From Camelus dromedarius (taxonomy: Eukaryota), in assembly GCF_036321535.1 (NCBI RefSeq), contig NC_087450.1, positions 29,822,001 through 29,886,000 of the forward strand: 64,000 nt of DNA, written 5' to 3'. The translations under genes and the position numbers were made by a program. Position 1 is the stretch's first letter. Each line of letters begins with the position of its first letter. Positions 45,091 to 58,146 of the stretch are shown piece by piece. Under the pieces are notes generated by a model. It saw nothing but the letters and a program-made list of their open reading frames with translations, had not been told where the DNA came from and did not search any database.

Positions 45091-46164
45091 CCCCAAATGA
45101 CACGACAAGTACAGAACCAGATCCAGCCATGGCTCTTCTGAGCAGGTATCAGGCTTCCCAGAAGGGGTGAAAGTTAAGCAGTGCATCAAGGACAAAGGGG
45201 AGTAGCTTGGAGAGAGGAGCGGCAAAGTAAGTCAAGTGCCTTGGAGGGTTCCTCCAGGGTGAAGCTCCTGCTCCATCTGAAGGTGGTGGTGGAGCCTTGG
45301 GTCCATGTTTAAAGGTGGGGCTCAGTGCCAACTACAGTGGGACTCTCTGCACCCTTGCATGGTGACCTCAGGTTCAGAGGAGCTGAGACAATGCAAAGAG
45401 CCACTGTGTTCCTGTGCTCAGCCCCAGCCTTGGTCTTCCCCAGTCTCCTGCCCGCCCCCCTTGTTTCTGCCCAGCTCCACTGACCTTCCCAGGATCCCGG
45501 GCTCGGCTAATGGCTGCAAGTAAAAAAAAACCAGAGTGTGGGGGGCCTGGGCTAAGGTGGGCTCACTGGGCAGATTCAGCCTCTGATCTCACTTGGGGTC
45601 AGTGACAGGATTTTTATGAAGAGAAGGTTGGAGGGACAGAGGGTCTTGAGGCTATTAGAACAATGGACTTCCCATGGGCTGAGAAAGTACAGGGCAGGTG
45701 CTGGTAGAGAAAGTATGAGAATCGAAGCCCCTTGGCCCTCACCCCAAGCCAGCTCTGGGCCCCAGAAAGTTCTGTCCTGAGCCAGGCCATTCCCTTGCCA
45801 ATCGCCAGGTCTAGTTCTTCCTCAGGGGAACTTAGGCCCCTTCCAGCAGTCAACGGCTGCATCCAGAAGGATGTTCTGGACCCCATCTGTGTCACCTCCT
45901 CCCTGGGCTCGGGCAACCCCAGCTCAAGGCTAAGCACCCAGCTCACTAGCAGGTCAGTGGGGACGGGTGTGCCTGGGCCCCATGAAGGGTTGAGCTCTGG
46001 GGAACTCGCTCTGTCTGCTTCCCCCAGATCCCAGAGGACTCATCCCCAGCTGACCCCAGGATGGAGCTTCCAGAATCCTGTCATTTCAAGTTTTCCAGTG
46101 TCTGGATACAATGTCATTATACTCACAGTAACAGAGACTGTGGACCAGGAAGGCAGGAAAGCAC

Positions 46165-46290
46165 AGAGAAGTGCTTCTCAAACTATAAAGTGCATGTGAA
46201 TCACCAGGCTCTTGTCAAAATGCAGTAGGTCTATGTGGGACCTGAGACTATATTCCTCACAGGCTCCCATTGAGGTTCCCAGAATGCACT
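46165..46290. mobile_element. MER5-like MITE fragment
   Basis: AGTGCTTCTCAAACT..AGTGCATGTGAATCACCAGG..CTTGTCAAAATGCAG. Confidence 0.55.
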
Positions 46291-46499
46291 GGGACTAGCA
46301 AGGGTGTAGAGAAGCAGTGGCAAGTCAGGGACTTGCAGCCTGGACCCCCTCTGTGGCTCACTGGCTGCACTGCTGAGGGCAGGACACATCACCATGCGGA
46401 GCCTCAGTGCCTCCATTCCTAATAGCAAGGAGTGCCGGCGGTCACTTGATTCCCTTCCAGCTCTGATGTTCTCATATCTGGGAAGGCTATTTGCTCATA

Positions 46500-46720
46500 T
46501 CCACTGGTGTAGTTTAGTGTAGACTAAAGGCACCAACTCTGCAAACTGGGCTCTGGTCCCAATTCTGCCACTTACAAGCCATGTGCGCCTGGTGAACAGC
46601 TGTACCTCTTCCTACCTTGGTTTCCTCCTCTGTAAAGTGAGGATGACAGCATTTCCTGCCCCATGGGTGATTTCAAGGATTGAGTGAGCTAATGTATGTG
46701 TGCAGTGCCTGGCAAGCCCT
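46500..46720 (+). mobile_element. MIR SINE
   Basis: CCCAATTCTGCCACTTACAAGCCATGTG...TTTCCTCCTCTGTAAAGTGAGGATGAC...GGATTGAGTGAGCTAATG. Confidence 0.7.
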
Positions 46721-47599
46721 CGGAAAGCATCAGCTCCTCAGGACTGTGCAAGCCTCGTGGGCAAGCCCTGTGCTGCCTCCCCGTGTGGGGGGAAACTGAG
46801 GCACAGTTCATCCCCAACCCACTACTCTTGTGTATAGCTCTCTAGGTTTCAGCGCTCCCTGCAGGGTAACATTGGCTACTGTCTCCAGGGCGTGTTGTTG
46901 TCCTATGCTGTTATATAGCTGGCCTGGAAGGGTGTTTTTAAAAATGCATTTTCTTTGGTTCCTCAACTAGAATGTATTAATAATTTCTCATGTGTATGCT
47001 CTTTAATCTTTTTAAATAACTTGTTTGGTGAGTGACTGAGTGACGGTTTACACCAGTGTCCCCTGGTGCCACACCCCTTCCCACCCTCCTGGTTTAGTGG
47101 GCTGGGGCCTCTTGGCAGTGCTTGGGCTTAGGGGAAGGTCATGGAGCTGAGACCAGCAGAGAAGCCAGATGTGGCTGAGACCTGGCCTTGCCACACTTCT
47201 CTGAGGTGGATCTGGTTGTTGGGACTGTGAGTGGAGGTGGCCAGAGGATGGAACTGAGGCAAACAGCCCCACTGCCCATGGAAGCCAGGGTGGTGCTCCA
47301 GGCCCCCAGGCCCAAATCTCACTTTATACCCTTCTCTCTGGGGCTACTACAGCTCCCCTGATGGGTGGAGAAAACATTCCCAGTCCTAGGGCAAGACAGG
47401 GGAGTCTGCAGGCCTGCCACCATCTCCCCTGTCCAGATTCCACCATGCCAGCAGCCAGGACCTTTGTTATGGGGAGCAAGAGGAGTAACTGAAGCATCAC
47501 TGGTCTCATTGATTGTCACCCCCAACACACATGTGTTGTGCTTGTCTGTTTACTGTGTTTTTACCCATGTTTACTCAAGAACCTCCCCCAAACCTAGGA

Positions 47600-47720
47600 C
47601 AGCAAAGAGGATGCTATTATCCAATTTGACAGATGATGAGACAGGCTCAGAGAGGTTAAGCGACTTGCCTGGGGTTGCACAGCAAGGGAGTCAATGGCAG
47701 GATAGAGGATTCGTGGCTCC
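47600..47720 (-). mobile_element. MIR SINE
   Basis: CCAATTTGACAGATGATGAGACAGGCTCAGAGAGGTTAAGCGACTTGCCTGGGGTTGCACAGC. Confidence 0.75.
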
Positions 47721-50329
47721 TGACTGCACAGCACTCTCTGCTGCACCTGAGCCATGCTCGACCACAGAAGGGGCAGAGTTAAAGCCTAGTCTGGCATCTG
47801 CCGGGTTGTGGGAGCAGAGGAGGCAAAAATGAGGAGGGGTCAGCAAGGGCTCAAATCCAGTTTAGGGATTTGGATTTGGCTGTGCTGTGCTCCTGGTAGC
47901 CCCAGTGGCTACACTGAGCCAAGTGCTGCCTGCTTTCCATCCTTCACATCCCTACGCCCTTTGTAAGGAAGGCTGCAGGCAGGCAAGGGACGTGCTTCAT
48001 GCAGAGCTCACTAGAACTCTGGGAGCCATGTTAGTGGGAAATTTGGGGGCCCACTACACCAAGCTCCTGTCCAGAGAAAGGACCTCATGACCCAAGGGCC
48101 CTCAGCCTGGCACTTAGGATAGCAGCAGTGGACATGGAGAGGCGGGAACAGAAAAGCAAATAATCAGAAGGCCGGCACTTGGGCACACCAGCCAGGAAAG
48201 TCTGGGGACACAGCCAGCTTAGGACTGTCCAAGGTCATGTCCTGGAGGCAAATCTGCACAGACATTGAGGGAATGCATGAAACCAGGCACCTGCCAGTGC
48301 ACTCCCATCTCTAGCCACACTTCTGGCCATCCCCTCTCTGCCCCAATCCCTCTCCCCACCTTCCTACAGCTCCAGGCACTTTCAGCCTCCAGGCCATCAC
48401 TCATGCTGTTTTCTCCACCTGGAATGCTCTTCCCTTTCTCTCTGTTTTCCACCAAGTGAACTTGGCCTTCAAGGCACAGCTCAAACGAGGCCACTAGAAC
48501 GAGACCTTCTTGGAGCCCCTGTTACTGCCCCCAGACATGTGGTCATCGTCTGTTTCTATGCCCATTACCCTGGCAATCATGCGAGCCTCTGTTGGGTGGA
48601 ATAAGGTATGTCAAAAGCAGGCACAGGACCCAGCACCTAGTAGGTGTCCTTTCTCCTCCCTCCAGGTCAGAAGCAGTGCCCTAGTGGTGCTTGTCACTGC
48701 TACAGTTAATGACAATAATAGCCATATGGCAGCAGCCATGCATTGAATGGCTACTATGAAGTGGGCACTGTGTCTGGAGATGGAGATAATTAAAAAGCAA
48801 AGAGGTAGTTTCTGTAAATCATGGAGCTTAACACTTGGCACAGAGCAGGTGATTAATCAACGTATGTTGAATGGAAGGAATGAATCAATGAGTGTGAGTA
48901 ACTGAAAACCTTGGACGGCTGGAAACAATAAAAAGGGAGTGGAAAAAGCTGGGCCCAGGCTGGGCTCCAGGAACCTCCCAACGCCTCCCTCTCCCTCCCC
49001 GCCCTGTGGAGTCAAGGGGACTGGCTGTGCACTGGCCCTTCTGCTGGGCCATTGGTTTAATGATCTCTCAGGAGCTGGCAGGTGTGCAGCAGCCAGCCGG
49101 CTCATTCTGGCTGGGGCTCCCCTGGCTGAGAGTGCTGTCTCCGTGGCTCTCTGAGTCAGCTAGGTCCTTGTCCTACCCTGCCTGGGGCCCGGCAGAATCA
49201 CTGGAGTGAAACCAAATCAGACAATTCTGAGCCTCAGCCCCCAGTGCCCTAGGAATGGTGGGAAAAGGTCAGTCCTGAACAATGAGGTCAGGCTTCTGGT
49301 CCCAGCTCTCCCACTGACCCAAAGGCCCTATCTGGCCCTGGCCTGGGCCACAGCCCCTAGCCTCAAGGAAGCCCTGCTGAATTCCACTTCTGAGCCCAAT
49401 AGTTCCACCTTCTCCATCACCTGCCTGTGGCACAAGCCTGAGAAACCAGATGTTGGTTCACCAATTGGACAGAAGTCGTATCAGTAACTAAATGGAATTC
49501 CACAAATCCAGAAAGCCACCCACCCAGCCTGAAATACTTGGGGAAGCTTTTAGTGGAATGGGGTGTCCCAGCATTCTGGAAAGTTACAGCTCAGATGAAC
49601 ACAAACCCAAATCACACTCCGCGTGACTTCTCCCTAATCCTTTCCAAATGGCCACAATCTCATTCCCTTGCTGCCAAGTGTTCTGAATTTTGAGCACCAG
49701 GACCTGCCAGAAATGCTGCAGGGACAGCCCAGGCCAGAGAGGGAAAGGAAAACACAAAACTCTGCCCACATTGAGTGGAACCGCATGGCCTGACCCTCCT
49801 AGCGCCCCAAAGCCTGTCTCTTCTGTTCTCTGTTCCATCTCCCAATGCCTGGCACTGGGCTTGGCACATGGGAGGGGCTCTATGAATATATGTGGAATGA
49901 ATGTAAATTTGAATAATTGGCCATTTCCATGATTTTCAGCTCTACCTAGGCACCGGTTTAAGAAAAAGTAAAATATGAAAATCTCCACCTACAAATCAGA
50001 TGATGATTCACCTTGTAAAAGAAAGCTTCAGTTTGCAAAGAGATTTACTCCAGGGCTTTTGTAAGTCACCAGGCACTCTAGTGCATTTAAAGTGAGATGC
50101 ACCGTGCAACCAGGGTGTCAGGAACCTAGCAACTGCATCAAGTCCCCTTCACTGCCATTGCCACCTTCACACAAGCCTAAGGCAGCCCAGTCCCTAAAGT
50201 CAAGGGGCTTTGGTCAAATTAGTGAGCAATACACATGACCCAGTGAGTAATTCATAAGCGTGTATGACAAGAGCTGATGTGGGTGGTGCGCCCTTTACTG
50301 ACTGGAGCCATCCAGCCAGCGGAGTGTGT

Positions 50330-50530
50330 GCTCAACGTTCGGAAAGTGCCTTATAAAGCTCTGCAATATGCATTGTTCAGCCAAGCAGGTGGGGACTATA
50401 TGTGTCTCCATTTTAAGAATGAAGAAATCTGTATCACCTGTATCACCAAGAGACAGTTTGTAGTGTGATACATGGTTAGGGAGAGATGCTGAGGACCCTG
50501 GCCTGAGTGAGAATTTCAACTCTACCATTC
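50330..50530 (-). mobile_element. MIR SINE
   Basis: TCTCCATTTTAAGAATGAAGAAA...TGAGAATTTCAACTCTACCA. Confidence 0.5.
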
Positions 50531-50599
50531 ATTAGTGGGGTTGCCAGGGACCGTCTCCTGCCCATTCCCTGAACAAGTCCAGCTCACTGCCTTCCTCTC

Positions 50600-53465
50600 C
50601 ACCCATCTCCTGTCTTCCAGGCATGATCCAGCCAATACCTGGGCCTCACATTCCTTGACCATCTCATCCACAACAATGTTTTAATCCATCTCACTCCAGC
50701 AGGTACTTGGTTCTACCTGTGTCCTTGCTATGACCAGTAAACTGTATGATCTTCAAAGCTCTCACTTTCTGACCACCACCTCCCATCCTTCCAGCTCTCA
50801 TCCTCTGTTGCCCCAATATAATATTCCTACCTCAAACCTGCAGTCTCCTTCTCTGATATTTCCTTCATCTTTTTTGGGTCCTCATTTCTTTTCTAATCCA
50901 GCTTAGATTCACTCCCTCTGTAAAGACCCTTAACTTCCTTGCCCCTCTATCACCCTGCATTGTGCCCCTGTCCTGACACTGCCACCATCAAAATGCCAGC
51001 TTTCCACCTATTCCTTACCTGCTCCCAAGCCACTAAATGTGGCTGGAGAAAATCATGCAGAGATGCTGACTGGTCCAACTTTAAATGAGTGACCCTGGGG
51101 ACCAGCCGGACACTCCATGCTGGCAGACCTTCCTACCACCTTCCTACTGTGTCTGTTCACCACTTATCCTCCTCCCATACCCCTACTGTCTGCTCACACT
51201 TCACTGAGAAAATAAAAGTAATCAGACAGGGACTCTCTTATCTTTACAACCCCAAATCCATTTATCGTGTGGAGCTGCTTCTTCCTTATGACAGCAGATG
51301 GATCGTCCACTTGTAAATGTCTGCTTCACTGGGTCCCATCCCCTCTGACTTTCTCAAACACTTCGTTTCTGCCATTACCCACCCCATGCATTGTCAAGCT
51401 GTCTCCCATCAGTATGCAGGCTTGCTGTATTTTCTTTCTTCTTCATAGACGACTCCCTTGACCCCTGCATCGCTCTCCAGCTCCCTCCCCAATTCTCTGC
51501 TCCTCTTTACAGGAAAAGTTCTCAAAAGAACAGTCAACATCTCCCTTCCTCCACTAGATCCATGTCACTCAGGAGTCCATCCCATATTTCCACTGAATCT
51601 GCTCTTCAAAGATCCCCTGTGGCCTCCTTTCTGCAAATCCAAGGATGACCTCCCTGTCCTCATCTTACTCAGAATCCCAGCAATGTTTGACACCACTGGC
51701 CACTTCTCCTTGAAATCCTCTTTTCTCTTAGCTTCTGAAACACTACACTCTCCTTGAGTCTCATTGGCTGCTGTCCTATCTCCTTCGCTGAATCCCCTCC
51801 TCCATATGATCTCTCATTGTTGGAGGGATCCACACTCAGTCCTGAGACCTTTCTCCCTGGATTCTCTCTCCAGACAATGTCATCTCACCTGTAGGGGAGG
51901 AAAACTGTTTTCCTCTATCCTCTTAGGTTCTGTATCTGGGATTCTACAAATTAAAGCAGCAAAGGACAGATTAACATGGGAAAAGGCTTATTATATATGC
52001 ATATGGAGGCCTTTATAGAAAAGAACTGAAGACCCAAAGAAGCAGTTAAGCCAGGGGCTTATATACCATTTTAACAAAGAGCACTAAATTGTGGAGAAGT
52101 GATAAGGCACAGGGGTTTGGGCTTCCAGGAATGGCAAATTGTGAAGAGGTAAATATATGGGGGAAACTAAGGGAAGATAAGGGTTATTTTAGTAAGGCTT
52201 GTTGTGCAGACTCTATCTTGTGCAATCTTGGGGTGAGAAGAGTGTCTCTGGTGATTAAGAGTTATTCTTCTCTTCCTGGTATAGTTGAGGAGTGGGGAGA
52301 CACCTTCACAAAGGGAAATTTTTACTGTACATTTGGGCAGATAGGGGAATGGTAGATAGTTTTCCCTGTCTGCTGTTTCTCTATTGCCTCCAGCTCAGAA
52401 TAATCCTTATGCCAAAGTTGCGTATCTTGAGGTGATGTTCTCTGACCCCCCCTCATACCCCATGGCTTTAAACTCTATCTATTTGCTGATGACTTCCAGA
52501 TGAATAACCCCAGTCTTCCACATTATGCTTCAAGACCATGGGTCCAACAGCCTACTTGACATCTCCACGTGGATGTCTAGTATGTATCAAAATTTTAAAA
52601 GACCAAAATAGAACTCTTGAGTTCTGCTCTATTACAGTCCTTCTCACCTCAATAAATGGCACCATCACGAGGAGCTGTCCTAATTCCTCTTTCTCCCTAA
52701 TCTTCCATATTCATCATCAAGTCCTCTCAGCTCAATCTGCAAAATACAATCCAATTCCATCCCCTCGTTTCTGTGCCTGTCACCACTGGTCTACTCTCAT
52801 CACAACCATCATATGCTGCTGGGGCAACTAAATCAGACTCCTAACCAATTCTCCAGCTTCCTCTCTGCTATCTGACAACCTCTTCTCCACACAGAAGCCA
52901 AAGAGATCTTTGAAACTACACATCAGTCCAGTCCTTCCTGTGTTTGAAGCCCATCAGTGACTTCCCATTGTAGGAAATCCGACTCTTCACCATGACCTTC
53001 AGGCCCTGTGTGATCTGGCCCTGCCTCCTCTCAGCCTCACTGGTACTGCTCTCCTCTTTGCTTAACTCACTATAGCCAGACTGGACTCATGAGACCTCAG
53101 GGTATTTTCACCTGCTGTTCCTGCTCCTTGGAGCCCCAGTCCCTCTGTCTTAGCGTGGCTAACTTCTCAACCGCACTCAAGCCTCAGTGTCTAAAACTAA
53201 AATGCACCCCTCTGAGGAGCCTTCTCTAATCACCTGACTACAGTAGCGTCCCCCACTCACCCCAGCCCCTGCCATCACACTGCTGTCTTGTTAGCGCATG
53301 TACCACTTTCCTAAATCATCCACTTCCTATATTTGTTTACTTGTTTGTCACCTGACCTCTAGCCATTCCCTGCTCCATGAGAACAGGGGTCTTGTCCCTT
53401 CTCATCCACTGTTACATTCCCAAAGCCTAGCACAACACCTAGTGTTTGTCAAACAAATAAACAAA
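50600..53465 (+). mobile_element. Long L2 LINE remnant (RT region to 3' end), split by an ERV1 LTR
   Basis: Pyrimidine-rich L2 ORF2 remnant; CTA TTT GCT GAT GAC (L-F-A-D-D, degenerate YADD) at 52479-52493; L2 3' end (CCATGAGAACAGGGGTCTTGTC...AGCCTAGCACAACACCTAG...AAATAAAC). Confidence 0.75.
51890..52455 (-). mobile_element. ERV1-class solo LTR (MER31/MER39-like) nested in L2
   Basis: Plus strand TGTAGGGGAGGAAAA...CCCCCCTCA (TGA...ACA on minus); degenerate 4-bp TSD CACC/TACC; L2 rejoins across it. Confidence 0.75.
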
Positions 53466-53739
53466 CTTCCAAAGCTTCTGTTTTCACATCTATAAAATGG
53501 GAATAGAACAGTGCCAATCTCACATGGTTGTTGGGAGCACTATATGAGACCAGGCATGTAGGTGCTTCCTCTGGCTGTGGCATTTAATAAGGACTCTAAT
53601 AGAGCTCGTGGTTTTACTAAGAAATTATCTGGCTGAGGTAATGCAGTCAGTGGCAAAGCTGGACCTCATGGCAAGGTCTCTGACCCCAGATCCTTTGCTC
53701 ATTCCCATGTGTCTGATGCCACCTCTCAGGTGGCAGGGT

Positions 53740-53960
53740 AGGCTTGAGGGAGCAGTGTGAGGCCAGGACCAGCCTGGCTTGGGTATGTTAAGGAACAATG
53801 ACAGGTAAAACTGCTTTAATAGGTTTAGGTCATGTTGGAGGGCCTTGAAAGCAGGGCAGAAACGCCTAGACTTGACATGGGGAACAATAAGGAGCCATTG
53901 CACGTTCTCGAGCAAGAGTGTAATGTGATGATGGGTGTTTGAGATGAGCATTCTGGCTGA
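53740..53960 (-). mobile_element. L2c-like fragment
   Basis: GGTCATGTTGGAGGGCCTTGAAAGCAGGGC...GGAGCCATTGCACGTTCTCGAGCAAGAG. Confidence 0.55.
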
Positions 53961-55569
53961 TTAGTCACTGTGTAGTTATGCCATTAAATCAGGCAATCTA
54001 GTTAGTCTAAATTGTCGGTCTCTAGACTGCCTGGAAACAACCAGATAATTGCAAAGTCCCTTGTTTTGGCTGTTCACTTTGAACATTTAAATCAGCCCAC
54101 TACCAGCTGTCCCCTTCACTTTATGGGGAGCTTATGTGTCTCTATAGGTGGCAAATCCTTGAGGAATACATACTTAGTTTGTAATATTCATCTCTCAACT
54201 GCCACGTGCTTCCAGACTCATTCAAAAGGATTGCCAATGTATATTGTTTCTTCATGAGCTCTAAGTGGCTCATGATATGATAGTTCTAATTTTATTTTAT
54301 AGCTATTGGTGTACACACTTTGAACAAAGAGCAGAATTTGGCACGTTCAACTTGGAAGCTGTGTACAAATCTTTCGCACAATGATGTCTGCCTCACTGGG
54401 TCGTGGGGAGGACCCTCATATGATAGGCCGAGGGTCAATAAACGCTTGTTAACTTGTTTATGAGACAGCCAGAGGATGCTGAATATTTGTATGCAGAGTG
54501 ATTTGGGTGGAGGGAGTTAGGGATAGAGGCCAAGGATCCTGTGGCCTTTGGAAAGGAGAAGAGGAGGCGTGAGAGATGTTTTCAGGAGCCAAATGGCATG
54601 ATCTAGTGGCCAGCATTCAGCATGACTCAATATGACCCCCACTAATCTTGGGTCTCACTCTCTTCCTCTCCCATTTCTTGACATCAAGGTCACACATGAA
54701 GATCCAGGCAAAGGGGCTGACTGTGGCCCTGGGGATCTCTACGATGCAGCCAGGGATTTGTGTGCATGTCTAACAGTGGGAGGAAGGGAGCACAGGATGC
54801 TGCAGCTGCACAGTGGGTGCGGAGTGCAGCCAGGCTGAGGCCGGAGGAGAAAGCCCCTCCTCCAAAGCTGGGTTCAGCAGGTCAGCCCTCCCCTCCCAGC
54901 TCAGAGACTGCTGAGGGCAGCCTCTGGTGCCATGCAGTGAGAAAGGCACCAGAGAATGAGGGCCTGAATGCAACAGAGGTTGGTGTGTAGCAACGACCTT
55001 AATTCATGGCTTCTTTGTCCCTAGAATCACTTTAACCGTCTTCTAAATCCCTGGTTTATATCTTTTTTTAAAATGTTTTTCCATAAAATTTCTTCTTTTA
55101 TAGCTGTTTATGGCTGAAGGGTACCCTAGCTTCAGACTTGGAGCTGAGTACTCTAATTAATTCTATCCCAGTTCCTGGCCCTTCCCTCTCCCCTGGGCTG
55201 AGCACAGAGGAAAGAGCTGATGCAGACCCTACAGGGAGGGGTCCAGTTCTCTGTGTGATGTGATTAAATGAGCCAGCATCTGCAAGGCTCTTCTCCCTTG
55301 TAATTTTTCCAGGGTTTCCAACCCCAGAGTGGTGCCACTGTGGTGACACACATGGTATTTAGAGCGCCTCCCAGCCCCTCTGGGCTATACACTGGGAAGC
55401 CTGTGATTAAGAGTTATATTTTCAACCAATGGCTTGCCTTCCCTAGAACTGGTACCAAAATGTTTTATGCATTGAGTCCAGAACAAACTTAAGGTATGGA
55501 TGCAGTATGTGTTTGTGTGTGTGTATGTGTGTTACTGATTTCACATTCTATACACAGCAGTGAACAAGG

Positions 55570-58130
55570 CTTCAAAGTCCCCACTATATGGAGCTAACAT
55601 TCCTGTTGAGGGAGGCAGGCAACAAATAAACAAGTGTCAGACAGAGAAATGCTACAAAAAGGGTAACAGAATGGAGTGATAAAAGTGGGGGTGCTTTTCT
55701 TGACAGGGTGATCCAAAAGGGTCTCTGATGACATGACCCATGGGCAAAGACATGGAGTGAAGCAAGGGAGAAAGCCATGTGGTTACCTGGTGGAAGACTA
55801 TTCCAGCAAGTGCCATGGTCCTTAAGCAGGAGCTTGCATGGTGTGTTGGAGGAGCAGCAAGGAGACCAATGTGGCTAGAATAGTGTTTGAAGGAGGGTCA
55901 AGTGGGAGAGTGTTAGAATGTGAAGTCAGACAATAGCCAAGGACTAGATCAAGCAGGGTCTATGGGCCATGGCAAGGCCTTCAGATTTTACTCTGAGTGA
56001 AATGGGGAGTTATTGGAGGGTTGTGAGAAGAGTGAGATGACCTTATATTTGTAGGGGAGAAAGTATAGAAGCATGGAAACCAGTTAGGAGGGGCTTGAAA
56101 TATTCCAGATGAGATATGGTGGTGACTTGGACAAGAGTGTGATGGGCAGTGCCAGAGAAAAGTGATTAGATCTTTCAGAATATTTTTCAGAAAAGATACA
56201 TTCACTGGGTATAGAAATCTAGGTTGAAGGGCTGTTCTTTTGTTTTTTGTTTTTAATTTCAGCACTTTAAAGGTTGTTTTCTGGCTTGCATAGTTTCTGA
56301 CAAGAAGTCTTTGTTTTATCTTTGTTTATGTGTAAGTGATGTGCCTTTTTTTTCTCTGGCTACTTTTAAGATTTTCTCTTCATCCCTGATTTTCAGCAAT
56401 TTGATTTCGATGTGCTCAGTATAGTTTTGTGTGTGTGTTTATCCTACTTGGGGCTTACTGAATTTCTTGGATCTCTGTGTTTATACATTTTATTAACTTT
56501 GAAAAAATGTTGACATTGCTTCTTCAAATCATCTTTTTGTTGCCCCACCATCTTTTTTTCTTTTTTGGACTCCAATTACATATATGTTTGACCACCTGAT
56601 ATTGTTTCACAGGTAACTGAGGCTCTTGTTTTTGCTTTCTCTTTTATTTTTCAGTCTTCTTTTCCCCCTCACTGTACTTCATTTGGGATAGTTTTTATTG
56701 CTATGTCTTCAAGTTCAATCTTTTTTTCCTGCAGTGTCTAATCTACTATTAATCCTATACAGTGAAATTTTCATTTCAAATATTATATTCCTAAAATTCC
56801 ACTTAGTTCTTTTTATATTTTTTCCATTTCTCTCATAATGTTCACCTTTTCCTTGAAATCCTTGAGCATATTTAATACATTTATAACAAATATTTAAATG
56901 TCTTCACTAATTCCCTAATCTCTGCCATTCCCAGGGCTGTTTCTGTTGACAGATCTCTCCCTTGTTTGTGGATTACATGTTCCTTATTCTTTGCATGTCT
57001 CATAACTTTTTATTAGAGACTAGAATATTGTGAGTTTTCCATTTTTGATGTTTGATTATGTTGTACTCCTTTAAACAGGGTTGGACTCTGTTATGGCAGA
57101 CAGTTACTTATAGATAAGCTACTTATAGATAAATTTGATCTTTTTTCAAGGCTTGTTTTTAAGCTTTTTAAAGTCAGATCTAAAAGAGACTTTTCCCTGG
57201 GACTAGTTTAACCACAGTATTAGGGCATAACCTTTCTGGGGCTCTACTGAATGACTTGTGTATTCACTACAAGCTCTCCACCCTGGCTGGTGGGAACTCA
57301 GGTGATTCCTGGTCTGTGAGAACTCTGGGAGTTGTTTGACTTACAGCTCTCTGAGAACTCTTCTATCTTGAAAGTTTTTTCCCCCTTAGTCTTGAGTTTC
57401 ACTTTACACATGCACAGACTATTATTCAACCAAATACTCAGAGGAACCCCTGCACAGATTTCCAGAGCTCTTTCTCTTGGTAGTTCCTTCCTCTCCACAG
57501 TATGTTACCCTGCAAGTCTGCTTTTTTTGTTTTGTAGCTGCCTTGTCTTCCCTGAACTCAAATCTCTGTTTCCTCAATTCAGTGAGACTGCTGAGTTCTG
57601 ATTCCCCCCTCTCTTATTGCTTTCTAAAAACTGCCTCCAAACAGAAAACCAGGGCAGTCAAAGGTCTCACCTTGTTTGTTGCCTTCTCTCAGGGACCAGA
57701 ATCTTATACTACCTGTTTTCCAGTGTCTGAAAATAACTATTTCATAAATTTCATCCAGTTTCCTAGTTGTTTATGTTGGGAAGGAAGTCTAGATCCAGCT
57801 ATTCCCTCATGGCCTGAAGCAAAAATCAAGAGTTAGATCTTGGATATATTTTGAAAGTAGAATAGTAGGATTTGCTAATAGATTAGATATAGAGTATGAG
57901 ATTAAAAAAAAAAAAGAATCAAAAAGGACTCTAAGACTTTTGACCTTAGCAACTGGAAGGATGGACTTGCCATTTACTGAGATAAGAAAAGCTTTAAAAG
58001 AATCAAGGAAGGGGTGATTGGGAGGGAGATGAGAATCAAGAGCTCAGTTTTTAAAGTATTTATTTTGAGATGTCTCTTAGACTTCAAATTGGATGTCAGT
58101 TAGGCAGTTGGGATTGAGATCCAAATTTAG
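55570..58130 (-). mobile_element. L2a LINE remnant, split by the 56175-57832 L1 insertion
   Basis: GGAGCTAACATTCC, GGCAAGGCCTTCAGATTTTACTCTGAGTGAAATGGGGAG, then after the insert GGATATATTTTGAAAGTAGAA...GGATTTGCTAATAGATTAGAT. Confidence 0.75.
56175..57832 (-). mobile_element. Ancient L1ME/MD-like 5' UTR plus partial ORF1, inserted into an L2, flanked by a 9-bp TSD
   Basis: Minus strand begins CTTCAGGCCATGAGGGAATAGCTGGATCTAGACTT...AAACAACTAGGAAACTGGATGAAATTTATGAAA (L1ME-type 5' end). TTAGATCTT lies at 56166-56174 and 57833-57841, and the L2 rejoins across it. Confidence 0.7.
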
Positions 58131-58146
58131 GATTTGTGAGCTGATG

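Noticed and set aside
53717-53735. Hairpin TGCCACCT-CTC-AGGTGGCA / CTCF-like motif
   Set aside because: An 8-bp stem is within chance expectation and the spacing does not fit the CTCF core.
57105-57132. 15-nt-period micro-duplication (TACTTATAGATAA x2)
   Set aside because: Ordinary slippage duplication inside a dead L1.
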